Sequence record: NC_070950.1
Direction: 5' to 3' (one strand)
DNA: 64,000 nt
Shown piece after piece: positions 37,664 through 48,010 of this stretch (within the stretch, counting starts at the first letter, position 1; the number at the start of each line of letters is the position of its first letter). Under the pieces are notes generated by a model. That model was not told the DNA's origin and ran no database searches. It was given only the letters and a program-made list of their open reading frames with translations. A program made the translations under genes and the position numbers.

Positions 37664-38626
37664 ATGAGTACATTACGTGTTTACGCGTGCGGCGGTACTG
37701 GTATTAATATTGCGTCTAAATGGATTGCCACCGGTGCGAATACGCTTATTCGTAAAGCCCAGTTCATTGGACTGGATAGCAGTGAAAACAACAAACCGTA
37801 TAACGACGCCTTTAAGGTCGAACGTCCTGAAGGAACTCGTGGCGGTGGCAAAGAACGTAAGCTGATCGGTAAAATCGCTGCTGGGTTTATTGACAGTATT
37901 TTGACCAAACATAAACCGGGCGATTTCAACCTGATCATCATGAACGCGGCTGGCGCTACCGGGAGTACATTCGGCCCGACTCTGATCAACCGTCTTCTCT
38001 CTCAGGGCGTTCCGGTCATTGCGCTGGTCGTAGGCGACCTGACTTCTGAACTGGAAAACTACAACACGGTTAAAACGTTTGAAAGCTTGGACAACCAGCG
38101 CATCAATCTGAACGTACCGGTTATCATCGACTACGTGGACAACGCCAAATATCCCAGCCGCGGGTTGGCTGACAAATATGCCATCGGCCGTCTTGATATC
38201 CTGAGCCTGTTCTTAACCGACGAACATGAAGAAAGCGATTTCCAAGACATCCGGAACCTGTTCTATTACAACCAGGTTACCAAGGCGGCGCCTACTCTTG
38301 CTCGTATCGACTTCTTGACCGATACTCAGTTAGACAACGTTACTCCGGGGCTGGTTGCTGAATTTGGTTTGTATCGTAAAGCGGACGATATCGGCAGCCA
38401 TATTAAAAATCTGGCATACCGTTCGACCGGCGTTATTCAGGAAGGCAGCACTAACTTCCCAGCTGGAATAGAACATCTCCACATGGTCTTTGATCATGAT
38501 GCGACGATCAAAGATATCCTGGTTCTGGTTCAGGATCTTAAAGATATCGAGATCCAAAATAACGAACGTTTTAAATCTGCCCAGCAGGTTGGAAACGGCG
38601 GCGATGATTCTGGAATGTCCTACTAA
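37664..38626 (+). CDS. phuZ: Tubulin-like spindle protein PhuZ
   Basis: CGGTGINI (T1), GGGKER, AGATGS (T4 variant), C-tail DDSGMSY; 320 aa; SD AGGAG. Confidence 0.88.
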   Translation: MSTLRVYACGGTGINIASKWIATGANTLIRKAQFIGLDSSENNKPYNDAFKVERPEGTRGGGKERKLIGKIAAGFIDSILTKHKPGDFNLIIMNAAGATGSTFGPTLINRLLSQGVPVIALVVGDLTSELENYNTVKTFESLDNQRINLNVPVIIDYVDNAKYPSRGLADKYAIGRLDILSLFLTDEHEESDFQDIRNLFYYNQVTKAAPTLARIDFLTDTQLDNVTPGLVAEFGLYRKADDIGSHIKNLAYRSTGVIQEGSTNFPAGIEHLHMVFDHDATIKDILVLVQDLKDIEIQNNERFKSAQQVGNGGDDSGMSY

Positions 38627-38634
38627 GTAAAACA

Positions 38635-38684
38635 ATACTGCTACAGCCCTTCTATGGGGCTGTAGCAGTAGTTCTTTATTTTTT
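38635..38684 (+). terminator. Intrinsic terminator
   Basis: TACTGCTACAGCCC-TTCTATG-GGGCTGTAGCAGTA then a T-rich tail. Confidence 0.8.
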
Positions 38685-38740
38685 GCATCTATCTATAGGT
38701 CTAATTAAAAAGTCGCTTATAAACCTTTACAGGAAGCTTT

Positions 38741-39046
38741 ATGATAAAAACAACCAGAGTGGTTAAAACGTTGAGTTTTCGCGAATATCATTCTGTGATA
38801 CTTAATGTCGATAGTAACGTTGCTACAGCAGAAAGGTTGCTCCTCAAGGAGGCTTTAATCGAACACGGTTATCAGATCGACGACGGGTTACCCGAGAGCT
38901 ATCCTTATTATCCAGAATCACTAAGGGAATTCAGAGATATGTTGAAGACCAGTATCGGACACATGACTTTGGGAATTCCCACAAACGCCAAGGTCGAATA
39001 CATCAGCCCTACACTTGGACTCTTTAATATCATTTTTACTTACTAA
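38741..39046 (+). CDS. Hypothetical protein
   Basis: 101 aa, SD AGGA. Confidence 0.65.
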   Translation: MIKTTRVVKTLSFREYHSVILNVDSNVATAERLLLKEALIEHGYQIDDGLPESYPYYPESLREFRDMLKTSIGHMTLGIPTNAKVEYISPTLGLFNIIFTY

Positions 39047-39062
39047 CAGCAGGTGAGCTAAT

Positions 39063-39635
39063 ATGTACTCAGTGGGATCGGAATGGCTTAAGGACCAAAT
39101 TTTAACATTTGGTTATTCAGTAGAAGAAACTTCCGACGGGGACCCGAAGCAGTTAACGAGTTTTATTCGACCTATTATCGATGGTGTGGTCGAAGCGTTG
39201 AATGCGGACGACCCCGATGACATCTGGGATATTATCAGACGTTTTGAGCGGGCAATGGCGGGCAACCATGCCATCGAGCACATCTTTAACTACCTTACTA
39301 CTAATGTAAGAAAGATGGCTAAACAATCTGGTTACGACCCTAGGGTTAAGTTTAGGGTCAGAGAAGTCAAAGCGGGACGTCGGATAAATTTCATTTTTGA
39401 AATGGACCTCGACGCAACAATAGCAGCGGTTAATTCTCTTAATCAAGAAATACTCGAAGAAGAAGATCTCGATGAAATTGTTTCCGATCACCCAGGAGTT
39501 GACGTACTTCAAAAACTTGAAAACGTTAGGAAAAGGGAACTACAAGAAAAACTTAATTCCTTTACACGAAATGTACTCGGAGTTCGTGTCGTACCAGCGG
39601 GAGCTAGCAGACGTTACCTTAATAAAGGAGTCTGA
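39063..39635 (+). CDS. Conserved hypothetical protein
   Basis: 190 aa in the operon between phuZ and the polymerase. Confidence 0.65.
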   Translation: MYSVGSEWLKDQILTFGYSVEETSDGDPKQLTSFIRPIIDGVVEALNADDPDDIWDIIRRFERAMAGNHAIEHIFNYLTTNVRKMAKQSGYDPRVKFRVREVKAGRRINFIFEMDLDATIAAVNSLNQEILEEEDLDEIVSDHPGVDVLQKLENVRKRELQEKLNSFTRNVLGVRVVPAGASRRYLNKGV

Positions 39636-40008
39636 TCTAGAAATCGTTTTTGGCGGATTGATACAGTACGTTATGGATGAGTTCCCCTTATCTGTTCGGT
39701 GTATAACTTTTGATCAAACTTCTTTCGATAAAAGGATAGCGAGAAAACATTATTCCTCGGAAGTACTTGAGGAAATATTGGACGCAATGAAATGTGTAAT
39801 AGCTAAACATATTTATGCGCTCACTCCTAATACTTTGATTAGAAAGCCTGTGTTTTATCATCTGATTAATACTCGCGTATTGGTGATCCATATAAGTGAT
39901 TACGATCTAAGAGAGCCTGACAATGCATCGTATCCTCGTTCCAGTAAAACCCATCGCGGACGCAATGACGACCTTCCAACTCCCCGAGATTGGCGCGATG
40001 ACACATAA
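39472..40008 (+). CDS. Hypothetical protein (true start uncertain, probably downstream)
   Basis: Open frame; the 5' part overlaps the previous gene by about 160 nt. Confidence 0.5.
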   Translation: MKLFPITQELTYFKNLKTLGKGNYKKNLIPLHEMYSEFVSYQRELADVTLIKESDLEIVFGGLIQYVMDEFPLSVRCITFDQTSFDKRIARKHYSSEVLEEILDAMKCVIAKHIYALTPNTLIRKPVFYHLINTRVLVIHISDYDLREPDNASYPRSSKTHRGRNDDLPTPRDWRDDT

Positions 40009-40291
40009 CCAGTTATTAGAAATGATTGTGAAATTGAGCTTAGAAGCTCGTTTTAAATCTTACGGGCTTTCTGGTGCGATTGATATCATCAAGGATTTAA
40101 TCTACGCGTTTAAACCAAAGGATTCAGTCCCAGACATTCTATTGGGTTTTTATCTCCTCCCGGGAATGGTCGCGTTAACGGAAGAAATGACTGCGATTGA
40201 GAAAGCCAGGGATGTTTTCGGATGGGACCTTTATTGTCCTAACATGAAGTCACAACATATCGTCGTCTATGCGGGAGAACCACGTGCCTAA
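39965..40291 (+). CDS. Hypothetical protein
   Basis: Frame of ORF 39923..40291; likely start MTTFQ at 39965. Confidence 0.55.
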   Translation: MTTFQLPEIGAMTHNQLLEMIVKLSLEARFKSYGLSGAIDIIKDLIYAFKPKDSVPDILLGFYLLPGMVALTEEMTAIEKARDVFGWDLYCPNMKSQHIVVYAGEPRA

Positions 40292-40616
40292 GATAACTAT
40301 TCAACTTGCAATACCGCCGGGAACCGATGTGGAAGGATTTGTTTCTGCATATGGTAGTCTCTTAAGAGCACATCGGGTTAAATGTAACATCCCTAGTCAG
40401 GATGTTCAGCTTAACCATCCGTTGGAAGAAGCCCGGGAACAAATTCTGGGAGACTTCCAACGTACCAACTCCCAGCTTCAGTCGATCAGCGCTAAATACG
40501 CAGACGTCTCTGTGTCCAATGTTCTTTCAGACGGGCGCAAGATGACTATCATTTTAGCGTGCGACAAACCCAATAGTGAGTTCATCAATGCGGATTTCTC
40601 ACACCAGTCTCAATGA
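40269..40616 (+). CDS. Hypothetical protein
   Basis: 115 aa, overlapping operon arrangement. Confidence 0.55.
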   Translation: MRENHVPKITIQLAIPPGTDVEGFVSAYGSLLRAHRVKCNIPSQDVQLNHPLEEAREQILGDFQRTNSQLQSISAKYADVSVSNVLSDGRKMTIILACDKPNSEFINADFSHQSQ

Positions 40617-40905
40617 AGAAGCTTTCCTGGAGGCTATCAAACAAATTTATTTGAGAGATGACCCCCTTCCTTCTGATCAGACAATTTACGAAGTCGTTTC
40701 CGAATGGGTTGATGATCTCTTTCAAAATGGTCATGTGGAAGAAGATGTCATTGATCTTTTTCTGGACGGACTCCCGCCTACAGAGCTTTTGAAATCTGTA
40801 ACGGTGCATCCTCTTTTTAGGAAGCGGGTGGTTTATTCAGTCAATCCTTTAAATGGTATGACTGAAACTGTGGGCTTCCCCTTAATCATTCTGGAGTACG
40901 TATGA
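40576..40905 (+). CDS. Hypothetical protein
   Basis: 109 aa, overlapping operon arrangement. Confidence 0.55.
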   Translation: MSSSMRISHTSLNEEAFLEAIKQIYLRDDPLPSDQTIYEVVSEWVDDLFQNGHVEEDVIDLFLDGLPPTELLKSVTVHPLFRKRVVYSVNPLNGMTETVGFPLIILEYV

Positions 40906-41315
40906 CCATTAGTGTGAAGAACGGGGATATCGTTAGTTTTTCCCTGGTACAAGCAAACATCATCAACAACGATTACACCAACGTAACCGTTTTAGGCCAA
41001 GGAATGTTCGACGTTGCTCGGGGAATTGATCCGGAGCTTCGCAATAAACATTACAACCTTTATCCGTATTTCAAGGATAAAGTTAACAATGTGGACGATC
41101 CTAACTACGCGGATGGTTATCTGATCTTAAAGCTATCCAACGGTGAGCTCAGCGCAATTGGGGTGCCTTGGATCAACGAAGATACCTTTGAGGTCATCAG
41201 CGGAGAAACCCGTGTTTACACATTCCCTACCTGGAAAAGTAAATATGAGTCAAGTCTGCATGAGCTCTTGGCTAACCTCGGCGTCGAATATTCCTATACC
41301 AGTACCAAAAAATAA
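40902..41315 (+). CDS. Conserved phiKZ-like protein upstream of DNA polymerase
   Basis: 137 aa, SD GGAG, ATGA coupling. Confidence 0.65.
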   Translation: MTISVKNGDIVSFSLVQANIINNDYTNVTVLGQGMFDVARGIDPELRNKHYNLYPYFKDKVNNVDDPNYADGYLILKLSNGELSAIGVPWINEDTFEVISGETRVYTFPTWKSKYESSLHELLANLGVEYSYTSTKK

Positions 41316-41318
41316 ACC

Positions 41319-41372
41319 GTTACTCTCATCCCATTAGGGATGAGAGTAACCTCTTTTATTATTATTTTTTTA
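41319..41372 (+). terminator. Intrinsic terminator
   Basis: GTTACTCTCATCCC-ATTA-GGGATGAGAGTAAC then a T-rich tail. Confidence 0.8.
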
Positions 41373-41434
41373 TTGTCATTCCTTTTTATTAGACGAAAAC
41401 AATTTTAAATTTTAAAGTGAAACGGAGCTTAAAG

Positions 41435-43519
41435 ATGACTGAGACTTTTTTAAGTCCGTTTGTTGATGACGATTACAGTGCCGATAGGAATATCGTTAAA
41501 CACTATCATGAACAAATGGCTTTGTATCTTGGTAAAAAGCGCAATGAAGATCCTAAAGCTATTTACGAAGTACTTTCTAAACACATCCAGCCCAATCAAA
41601 ACGGTTATAAAGATCGTCGTATGCAGGTTTTAGTAAAAAACAAGTACGGCGATAGAGAAGTTAAAGTCATGACGGCGTCTAATTTCTTTAATGAAGTTAG
41701 ACGTCAGAACTGCCATCTTAGTCCTAGTATGGTTGCTTACAAGAACACTGAAGAAGAGCAATCCGTTAACGCGATAGGAACAGAAAAATTTCTTAGCCTT
41801 CGGTCCCACTATAAAGGGTTAAAACAAAAGGCCAGTGACGAAGGTGATGAATGGGGTAAGAAGGCTTTCCACGAAATTCAAAACGCCTTGAAAATATTCA
41901 ACAACGCCCAATCAGGCGCAATGTCATCCCGTGGGACTCCTCTTGTTAATAAGTCAGGTCATACTGCTCTGACTAGTGCTTGCCGTGCTTTGACCAGTAC
42001 CGCTAACATGTGTAATGAAAAGTTATTGGTTGGTAACCGATTCTTTAACTCGTACGAGCGAACGATGGAGAACTTACTGTCGTTACTCTCGGTTACTGAT
42101 ATGAAGCGAATGGACGAAGTCATCAAGAAACTGAAGATGAACTACGCGACCATAGACCAAGTTATGGAAATGGTCAAACGTTGTTCTCGTCGGTATTGGA
42201 GAGACGTTAAACAACTCGGTTACATTAAAGAGTTTTTGGAGCAACTTCGTCCGGTTGAATTAACGGCTTTGCTTTGCAATATGGATATCGAGGGATTGAG
42301 GGTTACGAATAAAGAAATCCTTTATAAATTCTTTGATGACTTCTCTCACATACCAGAAGTTCCAGAAGGCGCTAAAGCTGAAGATTATACTCCGCCTGAT
42401 AACGGGGACCGATACACACTTTGTGTTTCTAAACTCTTAGCGAAACCAAGCAAAGTTCAGTTAAACTTTTTAAACCAGTATCATCTGGAAATGGAACATA
42501 AATGGAAAGACTTTATTGAAGTCTTCTTTAAATGCTCCATTCCTCCATCGGGCATTTATGAAATCAGGGATATGATCCGAGAGGTAGTTCAAACCTCAGA
42601 TACCGATTCCTCGATTTACACCGTAGATAAAGTCGTAGAGGATTACACCGACGAAAAAGGACAATCGTTGAGATTGAATGGGGTTCTTACTTACTTCATT
42701 CGAATGATAGCGGTTCATCAGCACGCTCAGTTAAGTGAAAACATGAACGTTGCTAAACGCTACCGTAATCGTCTGACGATGAAGAACGAGTACTTGTTTG
42801 GAGGATATGTTACAACATTAATGTCAAAACACTATTTTGCCACACAGCTGATGGTAGAAGGGGTATTGAATAAAAATGTTGAAATGGAAATTAAGGGTGT
42901 ACACTTAAGGAGTTCTAAAGTAGCTCATGAGATAAAGGATTTTGCACACAAACTCATGAGGGAGATATTGGATTGTATCTATGACAAACGTCAAATGGAT
43001 GCAGCCGATATTCTCTTTAGAGCAGCAGAGTTAGAAAGGGCCATCATTAAGGATATCAACGAAGGCCAATGGGGTTGGTTAACACGCAACACGATAAAGA
43101 GTGACGACGTGTACACATTGCCGGATCAATCAGTGTATCAATACCACTTACTCTGGGAGGAAGTGTTCTCCCCTAAATACGGACACGCTCCACCACCACC
43201 CTATTCTGCTATGAAAGTCAACCTTGATTTAGGTAATAAAGGTAAGGTCGAAGAGTTTTGTAAGAATCTGGAAGATAGAGAACTTGCAAATCGTTTATTA
43301 GATTTCTTCGTTAAGAAAGAGAAAAAAGAAATCAGTACGTTCTTTGTTCCTGCTGACGTATTACCAAGATTAGGTAAGTTACCCGATGAAGTTATTAAAG
43401 CCGCGGATATCCGACAGATCATTAAACAGAACTTAAAATCCGTTTATGCTGTGTTGGAAGCTTGTGGGTTGTATATTGTTAACGATAAAATAACGCGTTT
43501 AATTAGTGACGAGCATTAA
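41435..43519 (+). CDS. Family B DNA polymerase, polymerase-domain subunit (phiKZ gp50-like)
   Basis: KIFNNAQSG (motif B) and SDTDS (motif C); no exonuclease motifs seen, consistent with the split PolB of phiKZ-like phages. ATG 41435 after GGAG. Confidence 0.85.
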   Translation: MTETFLSPFVDDDYSADRNIVKHYHEQMALYLGKKRNEDPKAIYEVLSKHIQPNQNGYKDRRMQVLVKNKYGDREVKVMTASNFFNEVRRQNCHLSPSMVAYKNTEEEQSVNAIGTEKFLSLRSHYKGLKQKASDEGDEWGKKAFHEIQNALKIFNNAQSGAMSSRGTPLVNKSGHTALTSACRALTSTANMCNEKLLVGNRFFNSYERTMENLLSLLSVTDMKRMDEVIKKLKMNYATIDQVMEMVKRCSRRYWRDVKQLGYIKEFLEQLRPVELTALLCNMDIEGLRVTNKEILYKFFDDFSHIPEVPEGAKAEDYTPPDNGDRYTLCVSKLLAKPSKVQLNFLNQYHLEMEHKWKDFIEVFFKCSIPPSGIYEIRDMIREVVQTSDTDSSIYTVDKVVEDYTDEKGQSLRLNGVLTYFIRMIAVHQHAQLSENMNVAKRYRNRLTMKNEYLFGGYVTTLMSKHYFATQLMVEGVLNKNVEMEIKGVHLRSSKVAHEIKDFAHKLMREILDCIYDKRQMDAADILFRAAELERAIIKDINEGQWGWLTRNTIKSDDVYTLPDQSVYQYHLLWEEVFSPKYGHAPPPPYSAMKVNLDLGNKGKVEEFCKNLEDRELANRLLDFFVKKEKKEISTFFVPADVLPRLGKLPDEVIKAADIRQIIKQNLKSVYAVLEACGLYIVNDKITRLISDEH

Positions 43520-43522
43520 ACC

Positions 43523-43556
43523 CTACTCCTACTCCCGATAAGGGAGTAGGAGTAGT
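43523..43556. terminator. Bidirectional terminator
   Basis: CTACTCCTACTCCC-GATAA-GGGAGTAGGAGTAG between convergent genes. Confidence 0.85.
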
Positions 43557-43565
43557 TATTATGAA

Positions 43566-44561
43566 TTAAAGTGGGGAACAGCCCTTAATAGTTTTAGCAA
43601 TAGAAGAGATCGTATCCATAAACTCGTTCGTGTTACTTATAATGCTTGAACAAAGTTTAAGAATATTCTTAAGTCCATCGATAAAGGGTTTGTCCAATTG
43701 TTTATCCAGATCATTCCCTTTGTTCATTTCTTCTTCTAATTTATGAATTTTCTTTTCAAGATCAGATTTAGACGATTTGATATTTTCTAAGTTATTGGAA
43801 ATTGCGTTAATGAACGATGAGGAATGTGACAAGAATGTGGAAGCCGAGTTGAGGTCTTTAATCCCGGCCACTTCCTTTTTAGCCTGAACCATTCCGTTTA
43901 AAACGGGTTGGGAGCCCTGAACCAACGCAGATATTTTTTTGCTGATGGTTTCCCCGTACCCTTCGGGAGTAACGGCTGGAGATTCCACTTTCTTAATTTT
44001 TTCAAGCTGATCTAAAAAGCCGGCGTGAAGAGATTCAAGTTTTTTGCTTTGCTTGTCAAAAGAGCTAGACTGTTCCGCATTAAATTCAAAAACTTTCTTA
44101 GCGACTTCTTTTACGCTGGCGGCCGGGACGACGTTAATGCCATTACGTTTAAGGATGTTCCTTAATTCTTCCTTTCGCTGGGCTGCCTGCTGACCTGTTT
44201 TAGATGAGATCTTTTCGACCATTGCGTTGGCTTGAGCCAGAGTCATCTCCGGAGGAGACTGGACTTCTTTAATGGTCTCTTGGGCTTCTTTAACCTCTGT
44301 TTTAACCGCTTCAACTTTCTTCTTAGAAGATCCCCCGAATACCCAATCGAAGATCTTTTTAAACATCCCTTTAATGTACTCCCACGCTTTCTTTATTCCG
44401 TCTGAGACGGCATCTGCAAACCCTTCGTTACCAGAAACAAACGTATTGCTGGGTTCGTTAGCCCAAAGTACACCGCCTAAGTAACGCGAAGCGTACGTTT
44501 CATTCCCGCTGATGCGGTCATACAACCCGTTGAAAACGAGTTCAATGTGATCGTTGTTCAT
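43566..44561 (-). CDS. Probable inner-head / ejection protein (paralog-family type)
   Basis: SGNE/GF protease-type site followed by the amphipathic segment DGIKKAWEYIKGMFKKIFDWVFG and a coiled coil. Confidence 0.55.
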   Translation of the reverse strand: MNNDHIELVFNGLYDRISGNETYASRYLGGVLWANEPSNTFVSGNEGFADAVSDGIKKAWEYIKGMFKKIFDWVFGGSSKKKVEAVKTEVKEAQETIKEVQSPPEMTLAQANAMVEKISSKTGQQAAQRKEELRNILKRNGINVVPAASVKEVAKKVFEFNAEQSSSFDKQSKKLESLHAGFLDQLEKIKKVESPAVTPEGYGETISKKISALVQGSQPVLNGMVQAKKEVAGIKDLNSASTFLSHSSSFINAISNNLENIKSSKSDLEKKIHKLEEEMNKGNDLDKQLDKPFIDGLKNILKLCSSIISNTNEFMDTISSIAKTIKGCSPL

Positions 44562-44570
44562 TTAGTTTTC

Positions 44571-45683
44571 CTATTTAGATAATTTATTTTGTTTTAACAT
44601 GGCGGTGACTTGTTCTAGATATTGCACTTGCAACGGGCCTGGAACGAAATGCTTAATCATTCCTTTGATATCCTGCCTAGCCCAAACATCGATATGACCA
44701 TTGACCGTCCCCATTGCGTTGAAGCTTTTATTATTGAGTGCCAAACTAAGCGTCAATAACTTCATTATTGGGAATTGCCAAATAGCGTTTGTTTGACTGT
44801 ATCGATTGTATCTCTTTGCATCTACAATGAGAGGGTTGACATCCATCGTCATAAAGTCGCCTATTCTCTGTATGACGTGTTCAGGAGAATAGCTCGGCGT
44901 TAGCGTTAAAGTCTCGACCAAGAAGGTTAAGAATCCTTTGAGTAATTCACCCACTGGATTGATATTGAACTCCCCCTTGACTACCGTTAATTGGTCGTCG
45001 ATGTTCTCACCGTTAACCACGACGTTATACAACGAATTGAATACGCTCAATTGATGCTGCAAACATCTTGCGTTAATTAGAGGGGTGCCGGCCAGATAAC
45101 GATGAGGACCCAATCCTGTTTCTGATCCTTCGGCTAATCTCTCGTTAAGGTAACGCCAATACCCTATACCCAAAGCCGTGATATCCACCCCTATTACTGC
45201 GAACCCACCATAATTCATCGGATCGTTTTTGAGCGACGTGGTGTTGGTATAACGGATGTCCGTCTCGGTGCTAATCAGCGGGATGATACTGCAAATGTCC
45301 CTTTCGTCTAAATCGAAATAATCGTCGAGGTTATCTTTAGCCGGATAAGATACCAACATTTCAGTTAACCCATTTCCGTACATCACGTTTTGTTTTACGA
45401 CACCTTTATTGTATATAGACGTGATTCCGATAGTCGACGCCCAACTATCTACCTGCATCTCGATCATTGCTTTAAGGTAGGCCGGATCCCATTCAGGTTG
45501 AATGTTCATTAATGAAAGTAACTGAACCAAAGGATGTTGGTTCTGTAAAACGTAGGTGGTATTGTCGCTCCGTGCGATCCACTGAGCACGATTAAAATCC
45601 AAGATACGTATTACATTACTGAGCCTACCATATTTATAGACGGCAGGACGATGATCGGTTGTTATTAATTTTAAAGGTTTCAT
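44571..45683 (-). CDS. Conserved virion structural protein (phiKZ gp52-like by synteny)
   Basis: 370 aa, divergent from chimallin. Confidence 0.5.
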   Translation of the reverse strand: MKPLKLITTDHRPAVYKYGRLSNVIRILDFNRAQWIARSDNTTYVLQNQHPLVQLLSLMNIQPEWDPAYLKAMIEMQVDSWASTIGITSIYNKGVVKQNVMYGNGLTEMLVSYPAKDNLDDYFDLDERDICSIIPLISTETDIRYTNTTSLKNDPMNYGGFAVIGVDITALGIGYWRYLNERLAEGSETGLGPHRYLAGTPLINARCLQHQLSVFNSLYNVVVNGENIDDQLTVVKGEFNINPVGELLKGFLTFLVETLTLTPSYSPEHVIQRIGDFMTMDVNPLIVDAKRYNRYSQTNAIWQFPIMKLLTLSLALNNKSFNAMGTVNGHIDVWARQDIKGMIKHFVPGPLQVQYLEQVTAMLKQNKLSK

Positions 45684-45832
45684 TGTAGTCCTGTTAGTAA
45701 CTCAGTATTATGTTATTACATATATCTATTATATGTAAACAAACACACCTCTCCGAAAGGAGGGGAGACCAATGCCGCGGAGTAAAAATCCGTTAAGCAT
45801 AAAATCGATCAGTTTTTACCACCCCTAAATAA

Positions 45833-45850
45833 TTTCAGACCGATATTATT
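45833..45850 (+). promoter_or_regulatory. Putative early-type promoter of chimallin
   Basis: TTTCAGACCGATATTATT, followed by hairpin AGATAAACA/TGTTTATCT (45856-45880). Confidence 0.5.
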
Positions 45851-45942
45851 TAGGTAGATAAACAACACAAATGTTTATCTGTTTTGATCAAACTTAATAA
45901 CATCCCCCTTTATAAAAAGCTAATAGCTATTAGGAGTTAAGA

Positions 45943-47955
45943 ATGTCCGACAATCAAAATGGCAACAACTGGGAACAAACCGTCCTGAACACCGCTGCTG
46001 GTAAAGGAGAGCCGATCGTCTCTGCTTCTGCCGAGAATTTCGGTTCTCAGCTGCTCGGTCTGCTCGGCCAGGCTTCTCTTCTGGGTTCTTCCAAGAACGT
46101 GCCGGAAGTAGAAGAAACCGCGGCCCTGATCAAGAAACGCGTAACCGATCTGAAAAACGGTACGCCGGGCGAAACCCAGAAGAAGATCCTGCCGGAAGTG
46201 AACATCATCACCAAACCGATCATCTCTGCACTGCCGGGCATCGTGCTCTCCCTGCACATGAACAACAACCCTGCGGTATACGTCATGCCGGTGCTGTTCT
46301 CTAACCGTCATCTGACCAATACCCTGGAAGAGATCCAGATCGACAACGGCGTTAACCAACAGCGCAAAATGTCCATGCCGTTTACCCCTGATTCCTACGC
46401 TCGTGCTGATCTGTTCGAACAGATCAAAATGCACTACAAAGCGATGCTCCAGGATAAAGGTGTGAGCGAATGCGTGATCATCAACGTGATGGTTATCGAC
46501 CTGGAACAGATCGTTGGTGACGATGTCCTGAATCAGGGCAAATCGCCGCTGCTGCGTGATGAAATCATGCGTAGCTGGGAACAGGGTCTGATGGTACAGA
46601 TCGCGAAAATCGCAGCCAACCAGCCGAAAGCTTCTCTGCCTTCTCCGTTCTCTGCGACCGGTGGCAAAGCCTATGGTCAGCACGGTAATGCGATTGCTCG
46701 CGTTGAACCGATCCGCGGTCAGTATGTTAACGAAGGCCTGCTGTCTCCGGCGAACCTGACCATCCGCATGCAAACTGCTAACCATAACGGTTATCAGGGT
46801 AACGCGGAACAGTCCCGTGAAATCGTCAACACCTACGCGACCGTTAGCCTGATGGGTTCTCCGATCCAGCAGTTCAACCCGCAGCTGACCGGTAACATTC
46901 CGCAGCCGTACCTGCAGACCCCTAACGGTCGTCCTCAGGGCTACACCCCGCTGCAGCCGGTGGTTATTATGAACCACGCTAAAGCTGGCGAAGTGCTGGG
47001 CGATGCGACTGGCCTGTCGACCTACTTCATGGGTCTGTTCTCTCTGATGGCGACCAACAGCAACTACCTGTTTGCTGAAGCTCTGCGTTCTAAGAACGTA
47101 GGTTCTCGTGGCTCCCTGACTGATATGGAACACCGCATCCGTCAGATGGAAAATGGATTACCTCCGCGCACTAAGGGTACTGAGATGACCGACGCTAAAC
47201 TGTCGGATATCGATTTCACCACTAACTGGATTCGCGCCAATATTGGACCTAAAGCAGTCTTTGCTGCTGACCTGATCCAGTTTGGCCCGGATGCGGCAAT
47301 CTCCAACTTCCTGTTCAACCTCACTCCCGGTGCGAAAGACTACATCAAATGCGTGAAAACCGTTATTGCTATCGTCGACTCCATCTCCGGTGATGCGAAA
47401 GCCATGTCTGCGGTTATCGCAGAAAACCAGGCCAACAACAATGCCAATGGCGGATGGATTCCGGGCAAACCGGTGCTGCACGTTTCTAACGCGCTGATCC
47501 CAGTCGGTACTTCTGTACTGGATAACAAACGCATTGCGCTCGGCGAAGTGGACGAGATGTTCCTGTCCAAGCACTATAAAGATCAGGTCGCCCCGATGAA
47601 CCAGTACCTGGAAAACATGTACGGGTCTAACCCGAACGTTCCGGAAAAACTGCGTCGCTACAATCTGTTGATCCAGCTGTCCACCATCTTCTCTGAAGGT
47701 GTAAACCTGTTCGGCTTCGCTCGTCGTTGCTACTGGGATCCGCTGTTCATGGATGCGTTCACTAAAGCGATGAACACCATCGGTTCTCTGCAGGTTACTG
47801 GCTCTATGGGTCAGTTCGCTGCTAACGTTCAGGTCTTCGCTCCTGGCCAGCAGTATATCTCTCAGGCAACTGCTGGTAACTCCGGTGGCGTCGTTCTGGG
47901 TAACGGTATGATGCTGGGTGCAGGTGGCGGTCTGGTGTTTGGCCCGTCCTACTAA
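45943..47955 (+). CDS. chmA: Chimallin, major phage nuclear shell protein
   Basis: 670 aa; strongest codon bias in the window; segments PVLHVSNALIPVG and ARRCYWDPLFMDA resemble remembered chimallins; lies directly upstream of nvRNAP beta'. Confidence 0.85.
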   Translation: MSDNQNGNNWEQTVLNTAAGKGEPIVSASAENFGSQLLGLLGQASLLGSSKNVPEVEETAALIKKRVTDLKNGTPGETQKKILPEVNIITKPIISALPGIVLSLHMNNNPAVYVMPVLFSNRHLTNTLEEIQIDNGVNQQRKMSMPFTPDSYARADLFEQIKMHYKAMLQDKGVSECVIINVMVIDLEQIVGDDVLNQGKSPLLRDEIMRSWEQGLMVQIAKIAANQPKASLPSPFSATGGKAYGQHGNAIARVEPIRGQYVNEGLLSPANLTIRMQTANHNGYQGNAEQSREIVNTYATVSLMGSPIQQFNPQLTGNIPQPYLQTPNGRPQGYTPLQPVVIMNHAKAGEVLGDATGLSTYFMGLFSLMATNSNYLFAEALRSKNVGSRGSLTDMEHRIRQMENGLPPRTKGTEMTDAKLSDIDFTTNWIRANIGPKAVFAADLIQFGPDAAISNFLFNLTPGAKDYIKCVKTVIAIVDSISGDAKAMSAVIAENQANNNANGGWIPGKPVLHVSNALIPVGTSVLDNKRIALGEVDEMFLSKHYKDQVAPMNQYLENMYGSNPNVPEKLRRYNLLIQLSTIFSEGVNLFGFARRCYWDPLFMDAFTKAMNTIGSLQVTGSMGQFAANVQVFAPGQQYISQATAGNSGGVVLGNGMMLGAGGGLVFGPSY

Positions 47956-47976
47956 GAGTTCGGCTGTAAGCTCACT

Positions 47977-48010
47977 AAAGGAGGAGGCGGAAGCCTCCTC
48001 CCTTTTTTAT
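47977..48010 (+). terminator. Intrinsic terminator
   Basis: GGAGGAGGC-GGAA-GCCTCCTCC followed by a T run. Confidence 0.85.

Noticed and set aside
45937-47133. 398-aa antisense ORF opposite chimallin
   Set aside because: Shadow of strong codon bias; entirely overlaps a well-supported gene; the protein sequence is not domain-like.
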